From assembly GCA_021780815.1 (NCBI GenBank), contig JAJXYC010000015.1, positions 209,796-273,795 of the forward strand: a stretch of DNA of 64,000 nucleotides. The letters are read 5' to 3'. The notes under the pieces are model-generated. The model was given only the letters and a program-made list of their open reading frames with translations, was not told the origin of the DNA and searched no databases. The translations under genes and the position numbers were made by a program. Positions 49,144-59,234 of the stretch are shown one piece after another. Position 1 is the stretch's first letter; each line of letters begins with the position of its first letter. The stretch comes from Bacteroidota bacterium (GTDB taxonomy: Bacteria; Bacteroidota; Ignavibacteria; Kapaibacteriales; UBA2268).

Positions 49144-52100
49144 ATGATTAAAGGATTGTTGAATTTTGCTTTGACGCAACGGCTTGCAACTACTGCTCTT
49201 GCTATAATTCTTATTGCTTTTGGTGTTTGGTCATGGGTAGCGCTAAAAAAAGAAGCTTACCCTGATGTGGGTGATACTCAGGTTACTGTTATTACTACTT
49301 TTCCGGGAAGAGCATCTGTTGAAGTAGAACAACAGATTACAATTCCTCTTGAAAAAGTTTTAAACGGAGTCCCCAAAGTAATTCAACGTCGCTCAAAAAC
49401 AATCTTTGGCTTATCTGTAATTCAACTTACTTTTGAAGATGGTACAGATGATTATTTCGCCCGTCAACGCGTACTTGAAAAACTTACCGAAGCAGAATTA
49501 CCAGACGGTGTATCCCCTACTTTAGGACCTTTAACCAGTCCAGTTGGAGAAATATTTAGATATGTCATAGAGGCTGATGACAATTACAATCCAATGCAAT
49601 TAAGAACTTTACAAGATTGGGTAATCATTCCAAAGATTCTTCAAGTCCAAGGAGTCGCAGATGTTATAAATTTTGGCGGTTTGGTAAAGCAATATCATGT
49701 TATTACTTCTCCAACTAAACTTTTGAAATATAATCTAACTCTTCAAAATGTTATTGATGCAATTAACTCTAATAATTTAAATACTGGCGGAAACATTATT
49801 AAACGAGGTGAACAAGGCTTTGCTATTAGAAGTATGGGTGCAATTCGTAATAAAGAAGACCTTCTTAATATTGTACTTACCTCTCAATCAGGAGTGCCAG
49901 TTTTTGTCAAAGACGTAGCTACTGCTGAAGAATATCCGTTGCCTGCAAATGGTATTTTGGGATATACTTTAAAAGATGCAAATGGTAAAAAAGAGGACGT
50001 CCAATCTGGTATCCAAGGTTTAGTTGCAATGAGAAGAGGTGAAAATGCTTCACAAGTCGTTGATGATTTAAAGAAAAAGATAGATGAAATTAATTCCAGC
50101 GACCTTCCAGAAGGAGTAAAACTTAAAGTTACTTATGACCGAAGTGACCTTGTTAATTATACTATTGAAACTATTTCCCACACCTTGTTAGAAGGTTTCA
50201 TAATTGTTATTATTGTATTAATATTCTTTATTGGAAGTGTTAGGTCTGCACTTGTTGTTGCCACCACTATACCTATTTCACTACTTTTTGCTTTTACAAT
50301 GATGAAATTTACAGGTATTAACGCCAACTTACTTTCATTAGGAGCAATTGATTTTGGTATTATAGTAGATGGTGCAGTAATAATGGTAGAAAATATTATG
50401 CGTCATTTCAGAGATATTTCACTTGAAGAAAAGCGAATGGGTATTATTCATAATACTTTGAAGGCCGCACAAGAAGTAGGTACAGAAATTTTCTTTTCAA
50501 TTATTATAATTATACTTGCTTATCTTCCAATATTCACTTTCCAAAGAGTTGAAGGAAAATTATTCTCGCCAATGGCATACACTCTTGCATTCGCTATTTT
50601 AGGCTCTTTATTATTAGCACTAACAATTATCCCAATTTTGATGTCTATAATTTATAAAAAACACTTCACCCCAGGACATAGCGGTAAAATAGAATGGCAT
50701 AATCCGATATATGAATTTATATTAAAATTTTATAATAAAAGTGTAAAATTCTTAGTTAACAATTATATTTATACAGTTGTTGCCGCAGGAGCAATAGTCA
50801 TTCTTGTATCAATTTTTGGATTAAAACATATTGGTACTGAATTTTTACCTGAATTAGATGAAGGCTCTTTTAATATTAGATGTTTTTTCCCAGTAGGAAT
50901 TAATTTAGATGATGCTGCAAAGTATACTCCTGTCATAAGAAAAATAATAAGCGACCACAAAGAAGTAAAATCTGTAATTACCCAGCTTGGAAGAAATGAC
51001 GATGGAACAGACCCTTATGGACCAAATCGTTTAGAAATACTTGTTATTTTAAATGATTATTCTACATGGATTAAAAACATCAGCAAAAAAGATTTATTAA
51101 TACAAATAAAAAAATCACTCGAAGCGGCGATTCCTGGTGCAATGTTTTCTTTTTCCCAACCTATTTTGGATAATGTTACCGAAGCCGTTACAGGTAGCGT
51201 TGCGGACCTTGCAATTCAAATAAATGGTAATGACTTAAACTTGATGAGACAGAAAGCAGATTCTATTTTAAATATTATTAAAACAATCAAAGGCGCAACC
51301 GAATACGGGATAGAGCAAGAAGGAAACCAAGCACAACTTTCTATTGATATTAACAGAACGTCCGCCGCAAGATATGGTATAAATATAAGTGATATACAAA
51401 AAATGATTGAGGCGGCAATTGGAGGTCAGTCAATTGGTTCGCTATATGAAGGAAACAAGAAATTTGATATTGTTGTGAGATATACACCTGAATACCGTGG
51501 CAGTATTGAAGCAATTAAAAATATGTTTGTTCCGTCTCCTACTGGTGCAAGAGTACCTATGAATGAACTTGCTACAATTCGTTTAATTGATGGACCAACT
51601 ATCATTCAAAGGGAAAACGGTAATCGCCAAATATCAGTGCGTACTAATATACGTGGTAGAGACCAAGGTGGATTCGTTACAGAAGCAAAAGAAAAAATCA
51701 AAAATATTGTGTTCCCAAAAGGATATTCTGTGGAGTGGGGTGGACAATTTGAAAACTTATCTCGTGCAGCAGGTAGATTACAAATTGTAATACCTCTTAC
51801 TTTAGGAATTATATTCTTAATCTTATTTATTTTGTATAAAAATATTCGGTATGTTGCTATTTCGATGTCCAGCATACCATTAGCATTAACAGGTGGAATA
51901 CTTGCACTTGTTATCCGTGGTTATGCTTTTAATGTTTCATCGGGTGTTGGTTTTATATCTTTATTTGGTGTATCTATAATGACTGGGGTACTTTATGTAT
52001 TTCGTACAAATCAACTTCGGGATAGTGGAATGCATCTAAAAGAAGCAGTTGTTAAAGCAGCGGTAATTCAATTAAGACCTAATCTTATGACAATTGTTCT

Positions 52101-52284
52101 TGCTTTATTTGGGTTAATCCCTGCCTCAATGGCTTCGGGAATAGGTTCTGATGTACAAAGACCATTGGCTACAGTAATCGTTGGTGGTTTAACATCGGCT
52201 CTCTTGCTTACTATTTTCGTTATGCCTGCTATTTATTATTCTGTGGAAGTTTTGTTAAATAAAAAATCAACTTCCAATAATTAA
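49144..52284 (+). CDS. czcA: Heavy-metal-efflux (HME) RND permease, CzcA/CusA family
   Basis: 1046 aa, 12-transmembrane RND topology, and an N-terminal [14 protein letters not shown]..., which is typical of the CusA/CzcA family. Confidence 0.85.
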   Translation: MIKGLLNFALTQRLATTALAIILIAFGVWSWVALKKEAYPDVGDTQVTVITTFPGRASVEVEQQITIPLEKVLNGVPKVIQRRSKTIFGLSVIQLTFEDGTDDYFARQRVLEKLTEAELPDGVSPTLGPLTSPVGEIFRYVIEADDNYNPMQLRTLQDWVIIPKILQVQGVADVINFGGLVKQYHVITSPTKLLKYNLTLQNVIDAINSNNLNTGGNIIKRGEQGFAIRSMGAIRNKEDLLNIVLTSQSGVPVFVKDVATAEEYPLPANGILGYTLKDANGKKEDVQSGIQGLVAMRRGENASQVVDDLKKKIDEINSSDLPEGVKLKVTYDRSDLVNYTIETISHTLLEGFIIVIIVLIFFIGSVRSALVVATTIPISLLFAFTMMKFTGINANLLSLGAIDFGIIVDGAVIMVENIMRHFRDISLEEKRMGIIHNTLKAAQEVGTEIFFSIIIIILAYLPIFTFQRVEGKLFSPMAYTLAFAILGSLLLALTIIPILMSIIYKKHFTPGHSGKIEWHNPIYEFILKFYNKSVKFLVNNYIYTVVAAGAIVILVSIFGLKHIGTEFLPELDEGSFNIRCFFPVGINLDDAAKYTPVIRKIISDHKEVKSVITQLGRNDDGTDPYGPNRLEILVILNDYSTWIKNISKKDLLIQIKKSLEAAIPGAMFSFSQPILDNVTEAVTGSVADLAIQINGNDLNLMRQKADSILNIIKTIKGATEYGIEQEGNQAQLSIDINRTSAARYGINISDIQKMIEAAIGGQSIGSLYEGNKKFDIVVRYTPEYRGSIEAIKNMFVPSPTGARVPMNELATIRLIDGPTIIQRENGNRQISVRTNIRGRDQGGFVTEAKEKIKNIVFPKGYSVEWGGQFENLSRAAGRLQIVIPLTLGIIFLILFILYKNIRYVAISMSSIPLALTGGILALVIRGYAFNVSSGVGFISLFGVSIMTGVLYVFRTNQLRDSGMHLKEAVVKAAVIQLRPNLMTIVLALFGLIPASMASGIGSDVQRPLATVIVGGLTSALLLTIFVMPAIYYSVEVLLNKKSTSNN

Positions 52285-52315
52285 TTATATCATCTGAATA
52301 ATTATATCATCTGAA
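52282..52315 (+). repeat. Perfect 17-bp tandem duplication (TAATTATATCATCTGAA x2) spanning the czcA stop codon
   Basis: Read directly from the sequence. Confidence 0.8.
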
Positions 52316-52329
52316 ATTGATAAAAAATA

Positions 52330-52376
52330 GGGTTGTTTTTGGGAATAAATAAAACCAACAAAAACAACCCACTTTT
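52330..52376. terminator. Bidirectional terminator between czcA (+) and the beta-barrel gene (-)
   Basis: GGGTTGTTTTTGG...CCAACAAAAACAACCC imperfect palindrome followed by a T-run. Confidence 0.5.
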
Positions 52377-52385
52377 TTGCCCTCA

Positions 52386-53135
52386 TTAATTTATTTGCCA
52401 AGCAAAACCAACACCAATCACACTCTCTTTGCTTTGTGAAAATGGTGAATATGCTGCCCAAAAATCAACTTGAAAGTTATCATTTAAAAGATACGTTAAA
52501 GCTATCTCAACTAATTGTCTTGGAATTCTAATTTGAGAAATTTCAGAATAATATCCTAATATCGCTCCTGTTTTTGAAGAAAGCAAGTATGTCCCCGAAA
52601 ATGAATAAAAATATAATATACTTGTACTTTTCCAAATACCACCCAAGTTATATGTAAACAAAAAATCATTGCTAACATTATTGCTACAAACTAATGCAAG
52701 CAAAGGTTCTGTTTGAACAGGTTTAAAATTATTATCGCCATAAGGTAAATTCAATTGTATAAGTGCGCTGGTATTTGGTATAATGGAATTATTATTTTGA
52801 TATATTTTTAGTTTTGTACTAATTGATAATGCTGATATGCCTGAAATATTTTGAGGAACATCTTTCAATCCTGTATAAGTAACTCCAAATCTTATCTCCG
52901 AATTATTGTTTAAACCATATCTGACCAATGTATTTAAATAATTTATGGAACTATTGTCTATTTTATTATCAAAGGCAGTATATTCAAACCCATTTTCCCA
53001 TTGAACTTTGCTTTCTTGTAAAATATCTGGTGGATTAATCAAACCTGGTCTATCTGCAACAAATTGACCATAGATTGGAACACTAATAAATAACATACTG
53101 ATGAAAAAAATGAAATAAATTGTAAAATGTTTCAT
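52386..53135 (-). CDS. Outer-membrane beta-barrel protein, putative 'transporter' (MetA-pathway/PF13557-like) family
   Basis: Signal peptide, then a DRPG motif near the mature N-terminus, alternating beta-strand amphipathic pattern, and a C-terminal aromatic residue. 249 aa. Confidence 0.45.
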   Translation of the reverse strand: MKHFTIYFIFFISMLFISVPIYGQFVADRPGLINPPDILQESKVQWENGFEYTAFDNKIDNSSINYLNTLVRYGLNNNSEIRFGVTYTGLKDVPQNISGISALSISTKLKIYQNNNSIIPNTSALIQLNLPYGDNNFKPVQTEPLLALVCSNNVSNDFLFTYNLGGIWKSTSILYFYSFSGTYLLSSKTGAILGYYSEISQIRIPRQLVEIALTYLLNDNFQVDFWAAYSPFSQSKESVIGVGFAWQIN

Positions 53136-53361
53136 ACTGGGAATCCTTATTTTTTATTATGAATAAATATTGTAAATGAATATAATTATCCTTTCTCAAA
53201 GGAATTAAAATGTTTCGAAGACGCTCAATAATCTATTTTGTTGTTACATTAAAAATTTTATCTGTTTAAAATATCTGTAATTGAAATTTTAGTATAGTAA
53301 GATGATTTAAAATGTAAAAAAAATATTAATTTTGTATTTTAAAATAAAAGAAAGAGAAAAA

Positions 53362-54657
53362 ATGATACCACGTTATACAAGAAAAGAAATGGCAAAAATT
53401 TGGTCAGATGAAAACAAATATTCAATTTGGCTTGAAATAGAATTATTAGCAACAGAAGCGCAAGCAAAATTAGGCATTGTCCCTAAAGAAGCCGCAAAAA
53501 TCATCAGAGAAAAAGCCCAAATTAATACTGACAGAATTTTGGAAATAGAAGAAACAACAAAACATGACGTAATAGCTTTTTTAACAAATATAGAAGAAAG
53601 CGTTGGAGATTTATCGGCTTATGTGCATTTTGGAATGACTTCAAGCGATGTGGTTGATACTGCATTTTCCGTCCAAATTCAACAAGCAGGCAATATTTTG
53701 GTAAAAGATTTAATTCAATTATCACACATTTTATCAAGCAAAGCCAAAGAGTATAAGTATTTACCAGCAATTGGACGTTCTCATGGAATTCATGCAGAAC
53801 CGATTACTTTCGGATTGAAATTTGCTCTTTGGTATGACGAATGCTTGCGGAATATTCAACGAATGTCCGATGCCTTAGATGGTTGTAGACTTGGAATGAT
53901 AAGCGGTGCAGTTGGAACTTATGAACATATTCCCCAATTTGTAGAACAGTATGTTTGCGACCATTTAAACTTAAATCCAGTGAAGATATCAACACAAGTA
54001 ATTCAGCGCGATGTTTTTTCTAATTTTCTTGCAAACATTGCAATCACAGGCTCTATGCTTGAAAAAATTGCAATCGAATTAAGGCATTTACAGCGTACTG
54101 AAGTCCGTGAAGCAGAAGAATATTTTTCTAAAGGCCAAAAAGGAAGTTCAGCAATGCCGCATAAACGCAATCCCATCTCGGCTGAAAATATCACCGGTCA
54201 AGCAAGATTATTAAGAGCTTATGCTTCGGCGGCTTTTGAAAATAATGCTCTCTGGCATGAAAGAGACATCTCACATAGCTCTGTTGAAAGAGTTATCTTC
54301 CCAGATGCCACTACTTCTTTGGATTATATTTTAGACAGAACAACTAAACTTATTGAGAATTTAATTGTTTACCCTGAAAATATTGAAAAAAACTTGAATT
54401 TAACCAATGGATTAATTTTCTCACAAAAAATCCTTCTTTTCCTTGCAAAAAAAGGAATAGCAAGACAAAAAGCTTACGAAATTGTTCAAAAATCTGCTAT
54501 GAGAACTTGGAATGAGAATATCCCTTTTATAGATAGTTTAAAAGCAAATAGCGATTTAATGGAACAAATCACCGAAAATGAATTAGCCAATTTGTTTTCT
54601 TTTGATGATATTTTTAAAGGTGTAGATTATATCTACTCACGATTAGGTTTAGATTAA
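53362..54657 (+). CDS. purB: Adenylosuccinate lyase
   Basis: MIPRYTRKEM start, the fumarate-lyase signature GSSAMPHKRNP and a PurB C-terminal domain. I prefer the 53362 start over the tracked 53332. Confidence 0.9.
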   Translation: MIPRYTRKEMAKIWSDENKYSIWLEIELLATEAQAKLGIVPKEAAKIIREKAQINTDRILEIEETTKHDVIAFLTNIEESVGDLSAYVHFGMTSSDVVDTAFSVQIQQAGNILVKDLIQLSHILSSKAKEYKYLPAIGRSHGIHAEPITFGLKFALWYDECLRNIQRMSDALDGCRLGMISGAVGTYEHIPQFVEQYVCDHLNLNPVKISTQVIQRDVFSNFLANIAITGSMLEKIAIELRHLQRTEVREAEEYFSKGQKGSSAMPHKRNPISAENITGQARLLRAYASAAFENNALWHERDISHSSVERVIFPDATTSLDYILDRTTKLIENLIVYPENIEKNLNLTNGLIFSQKILLFLAKKGIARQKAYEIVQKSAMRTWNENIPFIDSLKANSDLMEQITENELANLFSFDDIFKGVDYIYSRLGLD

Positions 54658-54700
54658 TTATATTTCTTCCAATAGATTTTTCATAAATCCCTAATAAATA

Positions 54701-54732
54701 ACAAGAGGCTGTCTGAAAAGACAGCCTCTTGT
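54701..54732. terminator. Bidirectional terminator between purB (+) and the FN3-repeat gene (-)
   Basis: Perfect 13-bp palindrome ACAAGAGGCTGTC-TGAAAA-GACAGCCTCTTGT. Confidence 0.6.
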
Positions 54733-54761
54733 GTTGTAGTTATATTAAAGTTTGTTGTCTT

Positions 54762-57482
54762 TTATTTGCTAACAACAAATTTTCCAAATTCGACCTTATT
54801 ATCAAAACTAATTTTATAGATATAAGTTCCAGATTGTAAATTATCTGTTTTTAGTTGAAGTTCATTATTGCCAGCCGATAAATTTGGATAAATTTGAGAA
54901 TAAACCAATTTGCCTGTTAAATCCAAAACATCTAATTTTAAATTACCAGAACTTTCAGTAGTAAGTTGAATTCTTGCTTCATAAGTAACAGGTGATGGTA
55001 CAATTTGAGTATTGAAATAATTTGTAAATTGCACCGATGCTGGATCTTCGGTAGTAAATGACCAAACATTAGACCAAGTAGAAAAACCACCATCATTTGA
55101 ACCACGAACTTTCCAATAATATGTTGTTTTAGGTTCTAAATTGTACATATATTTTGTTGTATCCCAGACTTTATCATTGTGGTAATAAACATCAGTGAAA
55201 TTTTTATCGTGAGCAATAATAAAATCATAAACATCGGCTGAATCAATTGCATTCCATGTAAATTCTACTGTTTTCAAAAGTAAATCTTTCGCACCATCTT
55301 GTGGAGAAATAAGTTGAACAGTTGCTGTTGGAGCAAGTGGAATTGTCTTAAATGAAAATATTGTTGACCAATCAGATTGTCCACCCAAATTAATTGCCGC
55401 AACACGCCAATAATAAGTTTGATTGTTTTTTAAATTACTTACAGCAAATGAAGTTGTTGTTAAAGTGTCCTCATCAATTATTGTTGTAGCAAAAGTTACA
55501 TCATCTGAAAATTGTAGATGGTATTTTAAAGCACGTGCTGATTCTTGCCAAGTTAACGTTTGAGAAACATCTAGCTTGTATGCTCCTGATGAAGGTGAAA
55601 CCAAAACGGGAACACTTGGACGAATATAACCGGTGGTAAAGTTAAACGTATTACTCCATTCGCTTTTTCCTTCTGAATTAATACCTCTTACTCGCCACCA
55701 ATATTTTGTATTTTCACTTAAATTATCAAATATTACTTGTGTAACATAAATGTCTCTTTCCCATCTTGTTAAATTTGTAAAAGTGGAATCTGTTGATAAA
55801 TCAACATCATATTGTTCCGAACCAGCTGCACCTTGCCATCTTAAAGCAACTAACACAGGTTCAACGCCTATTGAATCGTTACTCGGGTAAGTTAAAGTTG
55901 GGGAATCAATTTCTGTTTTCATAGTAAAAATATCTGACCAGGTGCTTTGACAATTATTATAATATGATTTAACTCTCCAATAGTATTTAGTGTTATAATC
56001 TGGGAATGTGTAATTAAATGTATTCACATTAATTAAAGTATCTAATAATATAGAATCCATATCAAAAGTAGAACTAACTTGAAGTTCATAAGTAGTGTTG
56101 TCTATGCCTTTATCCCAAACAATTTGTGTAGTTTTTGGCACACCTGTGGAAGCAGTAAGCGGCCTTACTGCATTTGGAGTTAAAGCAGTTGACTGGAAGT
56201 AGCGAGATGCAGACCATAAACCAATATTGAGTGGATTTTCAACACGAACTCTCCAATAAAAATTAGTCATACCGCTTGGTAAAGTTACTATTTCATTTGC
56301 TTTTGAAACACTATCTATATCTATTGCGATTGTACTATCGGCAAAACTATCAGAAGTTGCTACTTGAATTCTATATAATTGTGCATTTATTACATCATTC
56401 CAAGTAAAATTTAAAACAATTGGTACACAAGTTGAAGAATCAGCAGGAAAAGTTAATGTTACAGGTTCATAAGGAGTTTCGATACTGCGAGAAGCAGACA
56501 TTTCTGAATTACAAGAATCAAGATTGTCATTTACTAAATATATTGGATTAGTTTTTGCATACACTCGCCAATAATATACTGTATTGTAATTATTTGGGAG
56601 CGTGATTTGCAATGTTGTATCAATTGAACGATATTCAGTAAATGTGTTAAATTTATCAGAAGGTGAAACTTGAATCACATAATCTAATGCACCATTAATT
56701 GTTTGCCAACTTAAATTTGTTACGAAAGGCAATCCATTTTGAAATAAAGGTATCCCTTTACTTACATCAGGTGGGTAAATAAGTGTAGTCGGTCCTGTTT
56801 TTGTTGTAAATTTCCAAGATTGCCCAACTACTGTATCTCCCCAACATCCATTCACTTGTTGGAATGCAACCCAATAATAATCAGTAGCATAACTTGGTAC
56901 ATTTAAAGTAAGTCCAGCAACTGAATTTGTATCTATTACTGGGTTGAAAATTGTTGAATCTACAACAACTTGTGTAAATGTACTATCTTTGGCAATAACA
57001 AATCTTAATGAATCCAAGTGTGAATATTGCGTCTTTATCTGGAAATCAATTTGCTTGCCTAAACAAGTTTCTTCATTGCTTGGTAAATATAATTGTAATG
57101 GGTCAGTTTTAGTTGTAAAATTAAACACATTAGAATTAATTACTTGCGTATTAGTTAAGGTTGCCACAACTTTCCAATAATATTTAGTCTGTGACTGAAA
57201 TTGGTATTCCCAATTTATTGATTTCAAAGTTGTATCTGTCCCAGTATTATATGTAATCGTACTATCTACTTGAAAATTTGCAGATTGAGAAAAATAAAAA
57301 GTAAAATGGTCTATATTGGACACATTACTCCATATAAATATTGGAGATTTTTCAATACAGGTTGCGTTATTCGCAGGATTTTGTAAATTCAATTGCGAAA
57401 ATACACTGCTACTCAAAAGCACAAAACTTGCAATGACAACATAAAAAAAAGATGATTTTTTGTTATTCATATTAAAATCCAT
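54762..57482 (-). CDS. Secreted protein with about eight tandem fibronectin-type-III-like repeats and a T9SS C-terminal sorting domain
   Basis: A recurring about 90-aa unit ends in W..YYW(R/K)V. A signal peptide is present. The C-terminal about 80 aa fit the CTD pattern (LDVLDLTGKLVYS...GTYIYKI). Confidence 0.65.
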   Translation of the reverse strand: MDFNMNNKKSSFFYVVIASFVLLSSSVFSQLNLQNPANNATCIEKSPIFIWSNVSNIDHFTFYFSQSANFQVDSTITYNTGTDTTLKSINWEYQFQSQTKYYWKVVATLTNTQVINSNVFNFTTKTDPLQLYLPSNEETCLGKQIDFQIKTQYSHLDSLRFVIAKDSTFTQVVVDSTIFNPVIDTNSVAGLTLNVPSYATDYYWVAFQQVNGCWGDTVVGQSWKFTTKTGPTTLIYPPDVSKGIPLFQNGLPFVTNLSWQTINGALDYVIQVSPSDKFNTFTEYRSIDTTLQITLPNNYNTVYYWRVYAKTNPIYLVNDNLDSCNSEMSASRSIETPYEPVTLTFPADSSTCVPIVLNFTWNDVINAQLYRIQVATSDSFADSTIAIDIDSVSKANEIVTLPSGMTNFYWRVRVENPLNIGLWSASRYFQSTALTPNAVRPLTASTGVPKTTQIVWDKGIDNTTYELQVSSTFDMDSILLDTLINVNTFNYTFPDYNTKYYWRVKSYYNNCQSTWSDIFTMKTEIDSPTLTYPSNDSIGVEPVLVALRWQGAAGSEQYDVDLSTDSTFTNLTRWERDIYVTQVIFDNLSENTKYWWRVRGINSEGKSEWSNTFNFTTGYIRPSVPVLVSPSSGAYKLDVSQTLTWQESARALKYHLQFSDDVTFATTIIDEDTLTTTSFAVSNLKNNQTYYWRVAAINLGGQSDWSTIFSFKTIPLAPTATVQLISPQDGAKDLLLKTVEFTWNAIDSADVYDFIIAHDKNFTDVYYHNDKVWDTTKYMYNLEPKTTYYWKVRGSNDGGFSTWSNVWSFTTEDPASVQFTNYFNTQIVPSPVTYEARIQLTTESSGNLKLDVLDLTGKLVYSQIYPNLSAGNNELQLKTDNLQSGTYIYKISFDNKVEFGKFVVSK

Positions 57483-57672
57483 TATTATTTCCTCAATGTA
57501 TTCACTTAATTTATTATTTTAAAAGAAGTTAACTTATTTTAAAATTGTTTGTTGTTTTTATTGTTGTTTAACACGAAATAAGTTAAAATTTGTTGCAAAA
57601 ACAATAAATTTTAATTAGTCCTTATCCAATTTTATTGTATTTTTCATTCACTATAATTCGTCCAATAAAATA

Positions 57673-57710
57673 TTTTAATAAAATATTATTCATTTTAATA
57701 AAATATTATT
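57673..57710 (+). repeat. Tandem 18-bp direct repeat (TTTTAATAAAATATTATT x2, 2-nt spacer) about 85 bp upstream of hydG; candidate operator or UP element
   Basis: Read directly from the sequence. Confidence 0.6.
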
Positions 57711-57792
57711 AAATAAAATTATGATTTATATTGTAATCTAATTGAATTATTTAATTTTGAATATTAAAAATAATTAATTTAAAGAAAAGACA

Positions 57793-59202
57793 ATGCAAGA
57801 AAAATTAAATGTTGAAATTATCAACGAAAATAAAATTTACGAACTACTTTCAAAGTCTGCTCAACCATCAAAAGAACAAATAAATGAAATTATAACCAAA
57901 GCATTAGAAATGCAAGGTTTGAATTTATTAGACGTTTCCGTTTTATTAAATATCGAACGAAAAGAAGATTTAGAATTACTTTACCAAACCGCTCGAACTA
58001 TTAAAGATACAATTTATGGCAAAAGATTAGTTTTATTTGCTCCACTTTATATTTCAAATTATTGCTCAAATAATTGTCTTTACTGTGGTTTTCGTATAGA
58101 TAACAAAGAAATTGACCGAATAACTTTAACTTTACCTAGAATAAAAGAAGAAACAGAAGCAATTTTGGAGCAAGGACATAAAAGAGTCTTGATGCTAATG
58201 GGTGAAGAACACAAAAATTGCGATTTAGATTATTTCTATAAAGCAATTGACACCGTTTACAGTGCAAAAGACAGCAAAGGTAGTCAAATTCGTAGAATAA
58301 ATATTGAAATTCAACCACTTTCGTCGGAAGAATTTCAAATTTTAAAAGACATAAAAATTGGGACTTATACTGTTTTCCAAGAAACATACCATAGAGCCAC
58401 ATATAAAACAATGCATCCCAAAGGTCCAAAATCAAATTACGATTGGCGATTACAAGTAATGGACAGAGCTTTAAGCAATGGAATGCACGATGTCGGAATT
58501 GGAACTTTATTTGGACTTTATGATTATAAATTTGAAGTATTAGCAATGATAATGCATGCCGAACATTTGGATAAAGAATACGGCTGTGGTCCACATACAA
58601 TTTCAGTCCCAAGAATAAAACCTGCTTCAAATGCTCCCGCATCATTAAATATTCCTCATAACGTAAGTGATGAAGATTTCAAAAAAATTGTATCTATTTT
58701 AAGAATAGCAGTACCTTATACAGGGATGATACTTTCAACAAGAGAGCCAGCATGGTTAAGAAGCGAATTATTTAATATGGGAATATCTCAAATTTCAGCA
58801 GGCTCACGCACTAATCCAGGTGGCTATAAACAAGCTTTTAACGATGATTATGACGATTCTCAGTTCTCTTTAAATGATTGTCGCTCTTCCGGAGAAGTCA
58901 TTCAAAGTGTTATTAAACAAGGATTTATACCTTCTTTTTGTACTGCTTGCTATCGATTAGGACGAGTTGGTCAAGACTTTATGGATTTAGCTAAACCGGG
59001 CTTAATTAAATTATTTTGTTTACCAAACGCTTTAACTACTTTGAAAGAATATATTGTGGATTATGCCGATGAGCAAACTAAATTACTCGGGAAAGAATTA
59101 ATTCAAAAAGAATTGAATGAGATTCCATCTGATAAAATCCGTGAAAAAACTATTGAGTATTTACAAAAAATTAGTCAGGGACAACACGACTTATACTTTT
59201 AA
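57793..59202 (+). CDS. hydG: [FeFe]-hydrogenase maturation radical SAM protein HydG (tyrosine lyase)
   Basis: N-terminal CSNNCLYC (CX3CX2C radical SAM cluster motif), a ThiH/HydG-like TIM-barrel core, and a C-terminal CTACYR...(22 aa)...C motif (CX2CX22C) that distinguishes HydG from ThiH. 469 aa. Confidence 0.7.
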   Translation: MQEKLNVEIINENKIYELLSKSAQPSKEQINEIITKALEMQGLNLLDVSVLLNIERKEDLELLYQTARTIKDTIYGKRLVLFAPLYISNYCSNNCLYCGFRIDNKEIDRITLTLPRIKEETEAILEQGHKRVLMLMGEEHKNCDLDYFYKAIDTVYSAKDSKGSQIRRINIEIQPLSSEEFQILKDIKIGTYTVFQETYHRATYKTMHPKGPKSNYDWRLQVMDRALSNGMHDVGIGTLFGLYDYKFEVLAMIMHAEHLDKEYGCGPHTISVPRIKPASNAPASLNIPHNVSDEDFKKIVSILRIAVPYTGMILSTREPAWLRSELFNMGISQISAGSRTNPGGYKQAFNDDYDDSQFSLNDCRSSGEVIQSVIKQGFIPSFCTACYRLGRVGQDFMDLAKPGLIKLFCLPNALTTLKEYIVDYADEQTKLLGKELIQKELNEIPSDKIREKTIEYLQKISQGQHDLYF

Positions 59203-59234
59203 ATTTAAATTATATTTCACAATTCTTATTTAAA

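Noticed and set aside
53332-53361. Upstream start MYFKIKEREK for purB
   Set aside because: PurB proteins begin M-I-x-RY. The internal ATG at 53362 matches, so the extension is unlikely.
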